Shown one piece after another: positions 27,045 through 35,936 of a stretch of 46,419 nucleotides of DNA. A program made the translations under genes and the position numbers. The DNA is from a virus. Lineage: Duplodnaviria > Caudoviricetes. Below the pieces are notes generated by a model. That model did not search any database, had not been told where the DNA came from, and was given only the letters and a program-made list of their open reading frames with translations. The stretch's first letter is position 1; each line of letters begins with the position of its first letter. The stretch lies in the IMG/VR virus record IMGVR_UViG_3300005326_000070, positions 1-46,419 of that record; one strand, given 5' to 3'.

Positions 27045-27931
27045 TTCGGAATCCTCCTGTATAGCAAGACGAGTTTTCTCAGTATACTTCTCGGAGTAAG
27101 TAGTGTAAGCAACGCCCAGAACCAAAACTTAATCGATAATAGGTTCTTCTTGCGGTGCTTGATAAGAACCCCAATCTCTCTTAGTAACTGTTTATGCGTT
27201 CCGTAGTTCTTTATCTGGACCAATCCGACATAGTTTCTCAGTATCAATTCGTCCCTGACCCCCTCGTCGTCAACAACGCTCATCCACAACTCGGTCGGGG
27301 ACTTGAAGTAAACCTTCGGGTTCATGGAACCGCTATACCCTGTTCTTACGGCGATCGTAGGATAAGGAATATAGACAACTCGGTTTGACTTCTTTATCAT
27401 TGGGTATGCCACGCTTGCCATTTCGATAAACGGCTCGTTCGAGAACTGATTTAGCATCTTGCTTTTTTTAAGCACTATCCCAGAAATCTGGTCTAATCCC
27501 GACACTGAAGATAGCGTGTTGTTTTCATACATTTCCTTTATCCTTATCGGCTTATTAACATCCTTGTCGAACCAATAGTATCTTCTTGAAACTACGCCGA
27601 CATCGTCTATGGACATTACCGTTGAGATAAGATAGAACAACGACTTCTCAATAATAACGTCATCACCGCACAGAAAGAATATGACATCATTGCTTGCCAG
27701 GTTTACGCCTTTCTGCAGATTCCTACCGCACCCAAGATTGACCTGGTTGATGAACACTTTGACCAGAGGATTCTCCATGTAGTTTACAACAAGAACCGTA
27801 TCGTCCTTTGAATAGTCGTCAACAAGGATAATCTCGCTCGGAAGAACTGTCTGTTGCATTACACTATCAATGGCTTCCTTGATTGTTTTCTCATTGTTGT
27901 AGGTCGGTATGACCACGCTTATTTTTTCCAT
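27041..27931 (-). CDS. Glycosyltransferase family 2
   Basis: SVVIPTYN, LVDDYSKD, NLG, FLCGDD. Confidence 0.92.
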   Translation of the reverse strand: MEKISVVIPTYNNEKTIKEAIDSVMQQTVLPSEIILVDDYSKDDTVLVVNYMENPLVKVFINQVNLGCGRNLQKGVNLASNDVIFFLCGDDVIIEKSLFYLISTVMSIDDVGVVSRRYYWFDKDVNKPIRIKEMYENNTLSSVSGLDQISGIVLKKSKMLNQFSNEPFIEMASVAYPMIKKSNRVVYIPYPTIAVRTGYSGSMNPKVYFKSPTELWMSVVDDEGVRDELILRNYVGLVQIKNYGTHKQLLREIGVLIKHRKKNLLSIKFWFWALLTLLTPRSILRKLVLLYRRIPK

Positions 27932-28596
27932 AGTAAGAACTCCCAATTATAATATCCCACGATTGGTAGTTTGATTTTCCTCAGCCAAGCCAACAACTTG
28001 TTCTCCTCGTAGATATGCCCCTGCAACCCAAGCCTCGGAAGAATAAAGTCTGTAATCGAGAACCATTGTAAAGTCTTTTGGTCTTTTAAAATGTTGAAGA
28101 GTGTGCTTAGTCTTAGCTTGAGCGAGATGTCCGAGTATTCCCTGACGTGGGTAGGGTCGAGCGTTCTTTGTCCTTTGGCGTTGAAGTGATACCCGAAATT
28201 AAACTTCTTCTTGAACATGGTCGAAAGATACATCTTACCGCCTGGCTTTAGAACTCGGTAGGCTTCTTTTATCAGCTTTCCGTCGTCATTGACGTGTTCA
28301 ATAACCTGATTGCAGATTATGGTGTGGAACGAATTGTTCGGGAAATTCTTTAAGTCGGTTGCGTCCTGACAATAGACGTTTACTTTCTTTAGCTCGGAAT
28401 TGATTCTCTCGCACCGACCTTGGTCTATCTCTACTGCGGTTACCCGGCTGTGGTCTAAAAGATTTCTTGACAGTATCCCATAAAGTATTTCTCCGTCGCC
28501 TGCGCCTAAATCAAGTATGTCTGCATTGAAAAGTTTTGTATCGTTTATTAACTCTGGATAACTATTAGTGTAAAATCTGGTAAAACTTCCCCCCAT
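27919..28596 (-). CDS. Class I SAM-dependent methyltransferase
   Basis: LDLGAGDG, QVIEHV, RVLKPGG, DPTHVREY. Confidence 0.9.
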   Translation of the reverse strand: MGGSFTRFYTNSYPELINDTKLFNADILDLGAGDGEILYGILSRNLLDHSRVTAVEIDQGRCERINSELKKVNVYCQDATDLKNFPNNSFHTIICNQVIEHVNDDGKLIKEAYRVLKPGGKMYLSTMFKKKFNFGYHFNAKGQRTLDPTHVREYSDISLKLRLSTLFNILKDQKTLQWFSITDFILPRLGLQGHIYEENKLLAWLRKIKLPIVGYYNWEFLLWKK

Positions 28597-28609
28597 ATAA
28601 ACCTCCTGT

Positions 28610-29032
28610 CTATAGTCCGTAATCTGTGTCTGAATTAGTTTCTAGGTCTGCGAGCATTAACGAAATCCCCTCAATCTTTTCCTGTAACTGAAAGTCTTTA
28701 AACTTCTCAATTTTGCTGTGTCTTTGGCACAACAAAACATACTTGTCATACCCAAACCTATTGATATACCACATTGTAAACTTTTGAGGTCTTGATTCGT
28801 GGTTATAGTTACACCCCTTGCATTGAACGTGGCAATTTCCGTCCGGTGCGGTATCCCAGCGTGTCGAATACGACGTCCTTGTCAGCAGATGACCACAGGT
28901 CGGGTTTTCCTTTTTTCCGCAGACCACGCAGATATTTCCACCGACTTTGCGGATAAACAAGCTGTGAACTCTGTCCAGCTCTTTTACTAATGCTTTTCTT
29001 GATTTCTTCTTAATAACTTTCTTCTTACGCAC
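28610..29032 (-). CDS. ninG: NinG/Rap-like recombination endonuclease
   Basis: LDRVHSLFIR, CVVC, CGH, TRWD, NCHVQCKGCN. Confidence 0.8.
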   Translation of the reverse strand: MRKKKVIKKKSRKALVKELDRVHSLFIRKVGGNICVVCGKKENPTCGHLLTRTSYSTRWDTAPDGNCHVQCKGCNYNHESRPQKFTMWYINRFGYDKYVLLCQRHSKIEKFKDFQLQEKIEGISLMLADLETNSDTDYGL

Positions 29033-29186
29033 TTATCACCTCGACTTCAAATGGATAGACCTGAATCTGCGTTAAGTCTTCTCTTCTTACGTTAAGCTGA
29101 TCTCCATATCCAGCCATATCTTCTTTCCACAAGACAAACAATCTTTCTCCTGTAAGTTTGTGAGTTACAATATCTCCAGGTTTCAT
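29025..29186 (-). CDS. 53-aa hypothetical (MKPGDIVTHK..., SH3/KOW-like)
   Basis: Read manually; ATGA overlap with the upstream gene; fills the gap. Confidence 0.6.
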   Translation of the reverse strand: MKPGDIVTHKLTGERLFVLWKEDMAGYGDQLNVRREDLTQIQVYPFEVEVISA

Positions 29187-29488
29187 TTCAAGCACCTCCA
29201 CATCTTCGGGTTTTCCCTGATTACGGTTAAGAGCATATTCGCCAACCCCTCGGTCAGTCTTTCGTCCTCTCTCTCGCTCAACCCCTCTCTCTCGCCCAGA
29301 AACTGTAGCATAGCGTGAATAACTTCGTGCAGGAATGTTTCGATTGTGTTTGACCTTTTACTAATGTAGATTATCCTCTTCTTTAGGTCGCACAATCCCC
29401 AAACCTTCTTTCTTCCCAGCCAGAGTTTCTTTACAACTTTTACCTTGTAAACCCGACATCCTATCTTGACTGTTTTTGGTAGTTCCAT
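29183..29488 (-). CDS. HExxH metallopeptidase-like protein
   Basis: WGLCD...IYI...TFLHEVIHA; start at 29488 (MELPKTVKIG). Confidence 0.75.
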   Translation of the reverse strand: MELPKTVKIGCRVYKVKVVKKLWLGRKKVWGLCDLKKRIIYISKRSNTIETFLHEVIHAMLQFLGEREGLSEREDERLTEGLANMLLTVIRENPKMWRCLK

Positions 29489-29552
29489 TATTCCCACTTT
29501 CCCACCATGGTTAGTGTTTCCGCAAATACATAAAAATGTATATTTATGAGCA

Positions 29553-30398
29553 TTACATCTCGAACCAAATCCGCTTCTCGCTTCCGTCCACTCCAGGCCT
29601 GATATAGGTCGTAACAGTTCCGAGGTCTGCCGGGGTGTAGAGCTGTTTCTCGACATAGGTTGTTGCATCCTCGACATATCCTTTTAAAAATGAGCCTGTC
29701 ATTACAGAGTATTTCTTCTTCTGGACTAGGTTGCAGTTCTTGTCTAGTCCCAATCTGACCATTGGCGGTGCGATTATCTTCTTGTGTCCATGCCCCATAT
29801 ACACAATGTCGCAATCGAATATGTTCGAGGCGTCGTCTAGGACGTTTACTTTGCTTCCGTTTCTTCTTCCTCCTCCGTGTCCGTGGTTAGCGTAGATGTC
29901 TATGGTCTCTACGCATCTTGAATTTTGTTTTGTAGAATTGGGAGTTCTCCTGATAAAGTTCAGCCTGATGAATCCGTCATAGCCTAGATAGGGAGCGTTG
30001 AGTTCTCTGGCAAGTTCTAGACTTACGTCATAGTAAGCGGTAAGTCTTATTTTCTCTTCGTGGTTTCCAGCCAGAACTCCGAGGACTTTACCTTTAAGCG
30101 GTGCAAGGTAATCAACTGCGTCTTCAAGCTGTCTCCTGATTAGGTGGGATAAATCTGTTACGTGGTATCTCTTGTCGATACTTCTTGGGTCGAATCGTTT
30201 GTCTGCGATCGTGATACTCTCGCAAATATCGCCCATTAAAACTGTATAGGCATTGTCATCCTCGGCTATTCTTTTTACATCTTCAATCAGTCTCTCCCTG
30301 TAGAATCCGATGTTTCCGATATGCGAATCCCCGATCGGGATAATCTTGAAAACATCACTCCTTGACGTATGGTCGATAGTCCGTTTGAATATGTTCAA
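29553..30398 (-). CDS. Calcineurin-like metallophosphoesterase
   Basis: GDSH, GD, GNHE, HG, GHGH motifs. Confidence 0.88.
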   Translation of the reverse strand: MNIFKRTIDHTSRSDVFKIIPIGDSHIGNIGFYRERLIEDVKRIAEDDNAYTVLMGDICESITIADKRFDPRSIDKRYHVTDLSHLIRRQLEDAVDYLAPLKGKVLGVLAGNHEEKIRLTAYYDVSLELARELNAPYLGYDGFIRLNFIRRTPNSTKQNSRCVETIDIYANHGHGGGRRNGSKVNVLDDASNIFDCDIVYMGHGHKKIIAPPMVRLGLDKNCNLVQKKKYSVMTGSFLKGYVEDATTYVEKQLYTPADLGTVTTYIRPGVDGSEKRIWFEM

Positions 30399-30551
30399 CT
30401 ATTCCCCCTTTCGTTGCTCAAGTTCACCAATTCTTTTATCAAGTTCATCCAGTCTTTGAGACAGGGAATAAATATTGCTTTGAATCGACTTGAATAAATT
30501 CGTAATCTCTATAATCTCTCCGTTGATGATAACCTCCACACAATCATACAT
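30399..30551 (-). CDS. 50-aa coiled-coil hypothetical
   Basis: Read manually (MYDCVEVIINGE...LEQRKGE); AAGGGGGG RBS. Confidence 0.55.
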   Translation of the reverse strand: MYDCVEVIINGEIIEITNLFKSIQSNIYSLSQRLDELDKRIGELEQRKGE

Positions 30552-30669
30552 TAAGCACCCCCCTTGTCGCTTGGTTCACTTGGACTCCTTTCCGTTCTAT
30601 AACATAGGACAATTGTTCTATGTCCGTTCACGCCCCATAAACTTATCGTTCACGCTGTAACAAAAAACA

Positions 30670-30903
30670 CTATTTATTTGTGACTGGTCTTCCGTATGTT
30701 ATCGGGTCAAGCTGGTCAAATCCATCCTTGGGATATAGGTGTATTCTCCCTTCGTGCATCTGAATAACGGTGTTCCCCATTACAACAATGTCCTTGGCTG
30801 TTTCCACTACCAATAGTTGTTGGGTTTCCTTTGTTGAGGCAAAGGCAACAATTACAACAATTAAAACAACCGCCATGATTGCCAATATTTCCTTGAGCTC
30901 CAT
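30670..30903 (-). CDS. Membrane-anchored hypothetical protein
   Basis: N-terminal TM helix; AGGAGG RBS before ATG 30903. Confidence 0.6.
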   Translation of the reverse strand: MELKEILAIMAVVLIVVIVAFASTKETQQLLVVETAKDIVVMGNTVIQMHEGRIHLYPKDGFDQLDPITYGRPVTNK

Positions 30904-30973
30904 TCTTCCCTCCTTTTTCAATGTCCACTCTTGCTAAATGTCCACTTTTTACTGGACTAAACTTCCTCGACGG

Positions 30974-31246
30974 TTACTTTGACTTTGGCGGTTTTGGTAA
31001 CGGCATCCAGTATCTAACATCGTAATCATCTTCACACTCATAATTGTTTTTATCAGCCAAATCTAAACCAGAACCAGAGTGAACACACCAATACCACCCC
31101 TCATTTTCGACATAGCTACGTATCATCGGTAATATGTATAAACTTCCATCATAGCCGCTTTCTAGACAAGCAAGCACCGGAATATCAAACCTTGGCAACC
31201 TATCTTTAGTGGCTATCCACGCCCTAATCTCTTTGTGCTTTTTCAT
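30974..31246 (-). CDS. DUF551-like phage protein
   Basis: WIATKDRLP...VRYWMPLPKPP. Confidence 0.8.
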   Translation of the reverse strand: MKKHKEIRAWIATKDRLPRFDIPVLACLESGYDGSLYILPMIRSYVENEGWYWCVHSGSGLDLADKNNYECEDDYDVRYWMPLPKPPKSK

Positions 31247-31710
31247 TTCTCTCCTTTCGCCATCTCATCGTGGATTGCCTGGGCAATATCTTCGAGCAAA
31301 TCAGGGTCTAAAACTTTTTTACTATTTCTATCTGTGCAGTATGCTTGCGCCGAAATGCTTCTTATCTCCTCCACGCTCAGCACCCTGCCCTTCAGCTCGG
31401 CAATCTGTCGCTCGTGTTCCGCTCGGCTGATGTAGTCCTTGGCGATTAGGGTTCGGAAGTCATCTATCATTAAATTATGAATCTCTATTGCCGCACAGGA
31501 CATACACGTTAAAACATCAGCTGGACCATCTATAGCATCTTTATGTAGCCCACATTCTTTTTTCTCCGGCATCTTCACCGCAAGCCAACGCTCGGCGAGG
31601 GAAAGTAATCTGTTCATTGCTAACATCTGTTCTCGCCCGGCATTTTTCTCCCAAAATTCCAATTCGTCCTTAAAATATTTTACCGCTTCCCGAATTTCTT
31701 TTTCGTCCAT
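31243..31710 (-). CDS. Hypothetical protein
   Basis: Open ORF; GGGGGTG RBS before MDEKEIREA. Confidence 0.6.
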   Translation of the reverse strand: MDEKEIREAVKYFKDELEFWEKNAGREQMLAMNRLLSLAERWLAVKMPEKKECGLHKDAIDGPADVLTCMSCAAIEIHNLMIDDFRTLIAKDYISRAEHERQIAELKGRVLSVEEIRSISAQAYCTDRNSKKVLDPDLLEDIAQAIHDEMAKGEK

Positions 31711-31723
31711 CACTTCACCCCCT

Positions 31724-32002
31724 CTACAGGTCTTTAAATAAAATTCTAAATTCATCACTATCCCCTACCGCTACTTTTTTCTTGCAAGATTTGCATACGG
31801 GGTCAAAAGTCCCATCACCAAGTATTTCCCACTCCTTGTGTTTACATTTTCTTTCCTCTGCCGTTGACCGGATGACTACTAATCTTCTGCATCTAAAGCA
31901 GACATTGGGGTAGAGTTTGGTCAATTTATCCTCACAAGAACAAGTTTTATCATATAAAATCGGAGTTGTATATTCATACGCAGGATGTTTTAAATATCCC
32001 AT
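31724..32002 (-). CDS. Cys-rich hypothetical protein
   Basis: CSC, CFRC, CKH, CKSC. Confidence 0.55.
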   Translation of the reverse strand: MGYLKHPAYEYTTPILYDKTCSCEDKLTKLYPNVCFRCRRLVVIRSTAEERKCKHKEWEILGDGTFDPVCKSCKKKVAVGDSDEFRILFKDL

Positions 32003-32022
32003 CACTTCACCCCTTTCATTTG

Positions 32023-32229
32023 CTATGCACGGTTAATTTTTTGAGCTAAAATCTTGTCCTTGGGATAATACAGTAAGTCGATACATTCAAGGTGAATTTG
32101 TTCTGCCTGCATAAGCCCATCTTCCTGAGTGCCATTGATTCCAACCAGCACAACCTCGCCTAATTTGCTTTCTTTGCAAATCGGGCATTTCCACCCACCT
32201 GATAAATTTGGATTTTTAAATATCTTCAT
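32023..32229 (-). CDS. Small Zn-binding hypothetical
   Basis: CPIC...HLEC; ATGA overlap. Confidence 0.6.
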   Translation of the reverse strand: MKIFKNPNLSGGWKCPICKESKLGEVVLVGINGTQEDGLMQAEQIHLECIDLLYYPKDKILAQKINRA

Positions 32230-32438
32230 CTTCGTCCTAATAATTTTTTTTTAAACAGTTTCCCACATAATGCACTCTTGCCTTCACCAACATAGTCATT
32301 CAATCCTTGCCAAACTTCAAACCACATACAAAATAGTTTGTCATATATCGGTCTGGACTCCCCTCGCAATAAAGAACGGTCCATAGAACAAAAAACATAC
32401 TGGATAAAATACTCTTCCGCTTTTTCTGATTCGTTCAT
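32226..32438 (-). CDS. Hypothetical protein
   Basis: Start MNESEKAEE by ATGA overlap. Confidence 0.55.
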   Translation of the reverse strand: MNESEKAEEYFIQYVFCSMDRSLLRGESRPIYDKLFCMWFEVWQGLNDYVGEGKSALCGKLFKKKLLGRR

Positions 32439-32563
32439 TCCCCCACCTCCTCCACTTTGACGTGTTTGCACCCCCTGCACAGTGATACTTTACCGAGCAG
32501 TGAGTTAAATTTTCTCATTTTAGACTCGCACTTCTTCCGCTTGCAGGTTAGGATTAGTTTCAT
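32435..32563 (-). CDS. 42-aa Cys4 microprotein
   Basis: Read manually (MKLILTCKRKKC...CRGC); ATGA overlaps at both ends. Confidence 0.5.
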   Translation of the reverse strand: MKLILTCKRKKCESKMRKFNSLLGKVSLCRGCKHVKVEEVGE

Positions 32564-32727
32564 TGGGATTCATACCTGCTTAAATCACACCTGTTCCAAC
32601 CAGGACAATTGTCCAGACTGCAAACCAATCTACTCCCCCTATGATTTCTTTTTTTTTCTACATACACTCCGTGATATTTCCGAAGATGTCCGCAGGAACA
32701 TTTATTGCTATGATTTAATTTCTTCAC
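32560..32727 (-). CDS. 55-aa Cys/His microprotein
   Basis: Read manually (CSCGH..YH...C....C); GTGA/ATGA overlaps. Confidence 0.5.
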   Translation of the reverse strand: MKKLNHSNKCSCGHLRKYHGVYVEKKRNHRGSRLVCSLDNCPGWNRCDLSRYESQ

Positions 32728-33215
32728 ACAATCACCTTCCCATCTCTAATTCTGCCCCTCTCCGTCAATAACTTAATTGCCTTTTCTTCTTCAATCTGCT
32801 CAGGCGTTTTCTCGGATTGGGTGCGGAGAGGGTTTTTCTGTTTTAAGATTGCCATAAAAATAGCGGTATAGTCCATATCACACTTCACATCAAGCAAAAA
32901 CCAATCGTGGTGTCTCCCCACGACTTTTTGTTCTGGACTGCCTGCTGAGTAAATAGTATCCCCATAATGCACCTCTTTCCCATTCTTATCTACACCCAGC
33001 GGTTTGTGGTAATCGACGCAGACCCAACATTGCATAACTTCATGGTTAACGGTGTCTTCATCTTCAGTTAAAATTGCCCTTTCAATTGTTTTTTCCCAAT
33101 TTCCTCGAATAAATTTATTTCTTCCTTTTGCTCGGATATGACAGCATGTCCCATCCGTGTCCCTGCACACCATCCCAACCTCAATCCCGACTTCCTGACC
33201 TGATAGGTTTTTCAT
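32724..33215 (-). CDS. Hypothetical protein with YopX-like C-terminal motif
   Basis: LGVDKNGKEVHYGDTI. Confidence 0.55.
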   Translation of the reverse strand: MKNLSGQEVGIEVGMVCRDTDGTCCHIRAKGRNKFIRGNWEKTIERAILTEDEDTVNHEVMQCWVCVDYHKPLGVDKNGKEVHYGDTIYSAGSPEQKVVGRHHDWFLLDVKCDMDYTAIFMAILKQKNPLRTQSEKTPEQIEEEKAIKLLTERGRIRDGKVIV

Positions 33216-33542
33216 TTAATCCACCGTCTTTCTGGCTTCTTCGCTTTCATAGTCCCATTCCCTCTCGATAATCTTTTCTATCGGGCGGGCTTCTATGGTC
33301 TTTAATCCGTGTTCCTCGTGGTCTACCTGCACCGCATTTTCTGCCAGTAAATACATCACGCCGTCTTTCTCGTAAACCTTTAGCCCTGTCGTGTCCTCGA
33401 TGACATGAGTATGCACTCCCTCGCCACGCTCAAGAATAAACCCTCTTTTCGGAAGTTTAACTTGCTTTGCCCCCTCCGGTATTTCATTAACTGCGATTAA
33501 AATAACATCACCATGCTGTAATACTCTTTTTCTCAGATCCAT
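33216..33542 (-). CDS. Conserved small partner of DUF6745-like proteins
   Basis: QHGDV...GEG..H.H...HEEH...REWD pattern; GGAGG RBS. Confidence 0.7.
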   Translation of the reverse strand: MDLRKRVLQHGDVILIAVNEIPEGAKQVKLPKRGFILERGEGVHTHVIEDTTGLKVYEKDGVMYLLAENAVQVDHEEHGLKTIEARPIEKIIEREWDYESEEARKTVD

Positions 33543-33556
33543 AACACCCTCCATTT

Positions 33557-34813
33557 TTATGCAACGACTGACGGCAGATTTTCCAAAATTCTTGCCTCGT
33601 CCTTTGCGGTTAATTTTTCTATTTCATCTGCGTTTACCATGCTCAACTGAAACGCCCTTGCGTGTATTGCCTTTGTGCATTGCGGCGGCACAGGTTTACA
33701 AAAAAACACTCCCGGCACGCTGGCGTGTTCGTAATACAAATATTTTCTGCGAATATCTGTATTCGGAAGTTTCACCTCATAAAGTTTATATTTCAATCCC
33801 TGCGGCTCATGCGTCCATTCGTCCAGCGTTTTGGGATTGAGTTTTTTAATTAACCGCTCTGCCCCAATCTTGCGGATTATTTCACGCTGAACATCTGCGT
33901 TTTTCTCGTCTAAAACTAATTGCACGTCTAATTTTTCGGCAGGTGTTTCGGCGATATGTTTGGGAACGGCAATTCCGTTTAATGTCCAGCATTTAAAACC
34001 GTCTGCGTATTCTACCGACGATCCACCATCGCAATGCAATGACCCGTTTTTCATATTTATTTTTATTGGTTTTTCGCTTATTACACAGAAATCTTTAAAC
34101 GGATAGACCCAAGAAATATCTGATAACCCTATTAACATATCCCATTTTTGTTGTTCATTAAAAACAATGCTCAGCTCTTTATTTATAAACTCGTAAAATC
34201 CGAAATATCCAGCCCAAAACGATAAATTTAGGTAGGGATAAACGAAATTCCTGACCTGATTCCTGACCTGATTCCAGACCTGAGTCCTGACCTGATTCTC
34301 GACCTGATTCTCGACCTGATTCCAGACCTGATTCTCGACCTGATTCCTGACCTGATTCCAGACCTGATTCCAGACCTGATTCCCGACCTGATTCTTGACC
34401 TGATTCTCGACCTGATTCTCGACCTGATTCTCGACCTGATTCCTGACCTTATTCCCGACCTGATTCCAGACCTGATTCCAGACCTGATTCCCGACCTGAT
34501 TCCCGACCTGAGTCCAGACCTGAGTCCAGACCTGAGTCTCGACCTGATCCCAGACCTGATTCTCTGATATTTTTTTATCACCATAAAAAAGGTTATGGCA
34601 CAAGATAACCGCCATCCAAGCCTCTAATGGAGACTGCATAATTATGACAGGAACGTCTTGGGTATTGCCTAATATTTCTCTGTCAAACTCATGCAGTCTC
34701 TCTATTGCTGACTTTCGGTCTATCCTATCAGTAGATAGCCCTATTTTAAGCCACTTGTTTTTGTATTCTTCAAGTTTACTCTCTTGCTCTTTTGTTAGTT
34801 TTTCTATTTTCAT
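33557..34813 (-). CDS. DUF6745-like protein with tetrapeptide (xNQV) repeat
   Basis: IEKLTKEQ...WLKIGLST N-terminus; C-terminal LHCDGGSSVEYADG..W.LNG and NADVQREIIRKIG. Confidence 0.8.
   Translation of the reverse strand: MKIEKLTKEQESKLEEYKNKWLKIGLSTDRIDRKSAIERLHEFDREILGNTQDVPVIIMQSPLEAWMAVILCHNLFYGDKKISENQVWDQVETQVWTQVWTQVGNQVGNQVWNQVWNQVGNKVRNQVENQVENQVENQVKNQVGNQVWNQVWNQVRNQVENQVWNQVENQVENQVRTQVWNQVRNQVRNFVYPYLNLSFWAGYFGFYEFINKELSIVFNEQQKWDMLIGLSDISWVYPFKDFCVISEKPIKINMKNGSLHCDGGSSVEYADGFKCWTLNGIAVPKHIAETPAEKLDVQLVLDEKNADVQREIIRKIGAERLIKKLNPKTLDEWTHEPQGLKYKLYEVKLPNTDIRRKYLYYEHASVPGVFFCKPVPPQCTKAIHARAFQLSMVNADEIEKLTAKDEARILENLPSVVA
34253..34564. repeat. 12-bp tandem repeat, ~26 units (GACCTGATTCNN)
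   Basis: Directly visible; encodes (E/W/G/R)NQV on the minus strand. Confidence 0.95.
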
Positions 34814-34822
34814 TTCTCCCCC

Positions 34823-35497
34823 CTAAAACATTGGTTTAATTGTATTTTTCAATCTCTTGACTGCAATCTCGCAATACTTCTCGCTTATTTCTATGCCTAT
34901 GCACTTGCGGTTTAATTCCTTGCATGCTACGGCGGTTGTCCCGGAGCCGAGGAAGGGGTCTAAAACATAGTAACTGTCAGTTAATTTAACTATTCTAGAC
35001 ATCAATTTTACAGGGACAGGACATGGATGGTCTGTTTTTTCATTTGATACATTTTTAACCAGCTGAATATCGCAAAACCAATCATACATATCAACAAACT
35101 CATTAACCCTCTCATCATTTGGATTTTTACATTTTTGTTTTTCTAATGAATAATTTACATTGCTACCATAAATATTTACTAATCGAAATTGCCGAGAAAT
35201 GTTAGAATTATAACACCATGCCAATACCTCGTCTGGACACCCCCACGCCTTAACAAAATACTTCATGCTTTCTTCTGGGTATGAAATAAATGCCTTCTTA
35301 AAATCATTAAATAAATTTAAAACAGTTAAATAGTTATTTTCGTCAATATCAGCGTATCCCTTGGCTTTAAATCCAATCCCATAAGGCGGGTCAGTCAGCA
35401 CCAAGTCAATGCTCTTGTCCGGCAACTCCTTCATAATCTCCAGACAATCTCCGTGGTAAATTGTTATGTCTTTTTCTTCGTAGTATGGTTTAATCAT
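34823..35497 (-). CDS. DNA N6-adenine/N4-cytosine methyltransferase (beta class)
   Basis: GDCLE, TDPPY, HP..P, VLDPFLGSGTT, GIEI. Confidence 0.93.
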   Translation of the reverse strand: MIKPYYEEKDITIYHGDCLEIMKELPDKSIDLVLTDPPYGIGFKAKGYADIDENNYLTVLNLFNDFKKAFISYPEESMKYFVKAWGCPDEVLAWCYNSNISRQFRLVNIYGSNVNYSLEKQKCKNPNDERVNEFVDMYDWFCDIQLVKNVSNEKTDHPCPVPVKLMSRIVKLTDSYYVLDPFLGSGTTAVACKELNRKCIGIEISEKYCEIAVKRLKNTIKPMF

Positions 35498-35583
35498 TTT
35501 TGTTTATACTCCGGACAATATTTAACATCGTTCTCGCCCCTGATCGGGCAGTCTTTGTTTTTACAGCTGGAACATTGGCTCAT
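35494..35583 (-). CDS. 29-aa Cys4 microprotein
   Basis: Read manually (MSQCSSCKNKDCP...YCPEY); TAATG and ATGA couplings. Confidence 0.5.
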   Translation of the reverse strand: MSQCSSCKNKDCPIRGENDVKYCPEYKQK

Positions 35584-35924
35584 TAGAAAGGTATCTCCTC
35601 GTCTTGACCTGGTTTTGAAGAAATGTTAATGATTTCAGAAAGCAGATTTTTCATTAAAAAATATGATCTTGATAGTTTTTCTTCGTTGCCGTCTTGCACA
35701 AACTCAACCGCAAGTTTTAATATTTCTAAATTATTTACTTGACTTTCTTCTTTCTTGGGCGTATATTGCTTGGATTGATTCCCAGAAGATTGACCTTTAT
35801 ATTCGGTCTTTTCAAACTCAAACGCACCGCATACTCCGCACTTATACCCTGCCCAAGGCTTGTTGTTTTTCTTGCTTACTCCAGACTTCTTTTCCATCTC
35901 TCCACCACAATTACAAGTTCTCAT
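35583..35924 (-). CDS. Zn-ribbon protein with SSB-like acidic tail (possible ssDNA-binding protein)
   Basis: CNC...CGVC; C-terminus DEEIPF; AAGGAG RBS. Confidence 0.55.
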   Translation of the reverse strand: MRTCNCGGEMEKKSGVSKKNNKPWAGYKCGVCGAFEFEKTEYKGQSSGNQSKQYTPKKEESQVNNLEILKLAVEFVQDGNEEKLSRSYFLMKNLLSEIINISSKPGQDEEIPF

Positions 35925-35936
35925 ATTGTCTCCTTT

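Noticed and set aside
20607-28596. Cluster as a DNA hypermodification (base glycosylation) system
   Set aside because: No hydroxymethylase, TET/JBP dioxygenase, nucleotide kinase or phage DNA polymerase was recognised to create an acceptor base. Disfavoured but not excluded.
29489-29814. Long upstream extensions of ORFs 29183..29677 and 29488..29814
   Set aside because: They overlap the well-supported phosphoesterase gene; coupled starts at 29488 and 29553 fit better.
34228-34584. Alternative-frame ORF of RSGI/RSRI repeats, and the 12-bp array as a CRISPR
   Set aside because: The frame is open only because the repeat lacks stops; there are no unique spacers.
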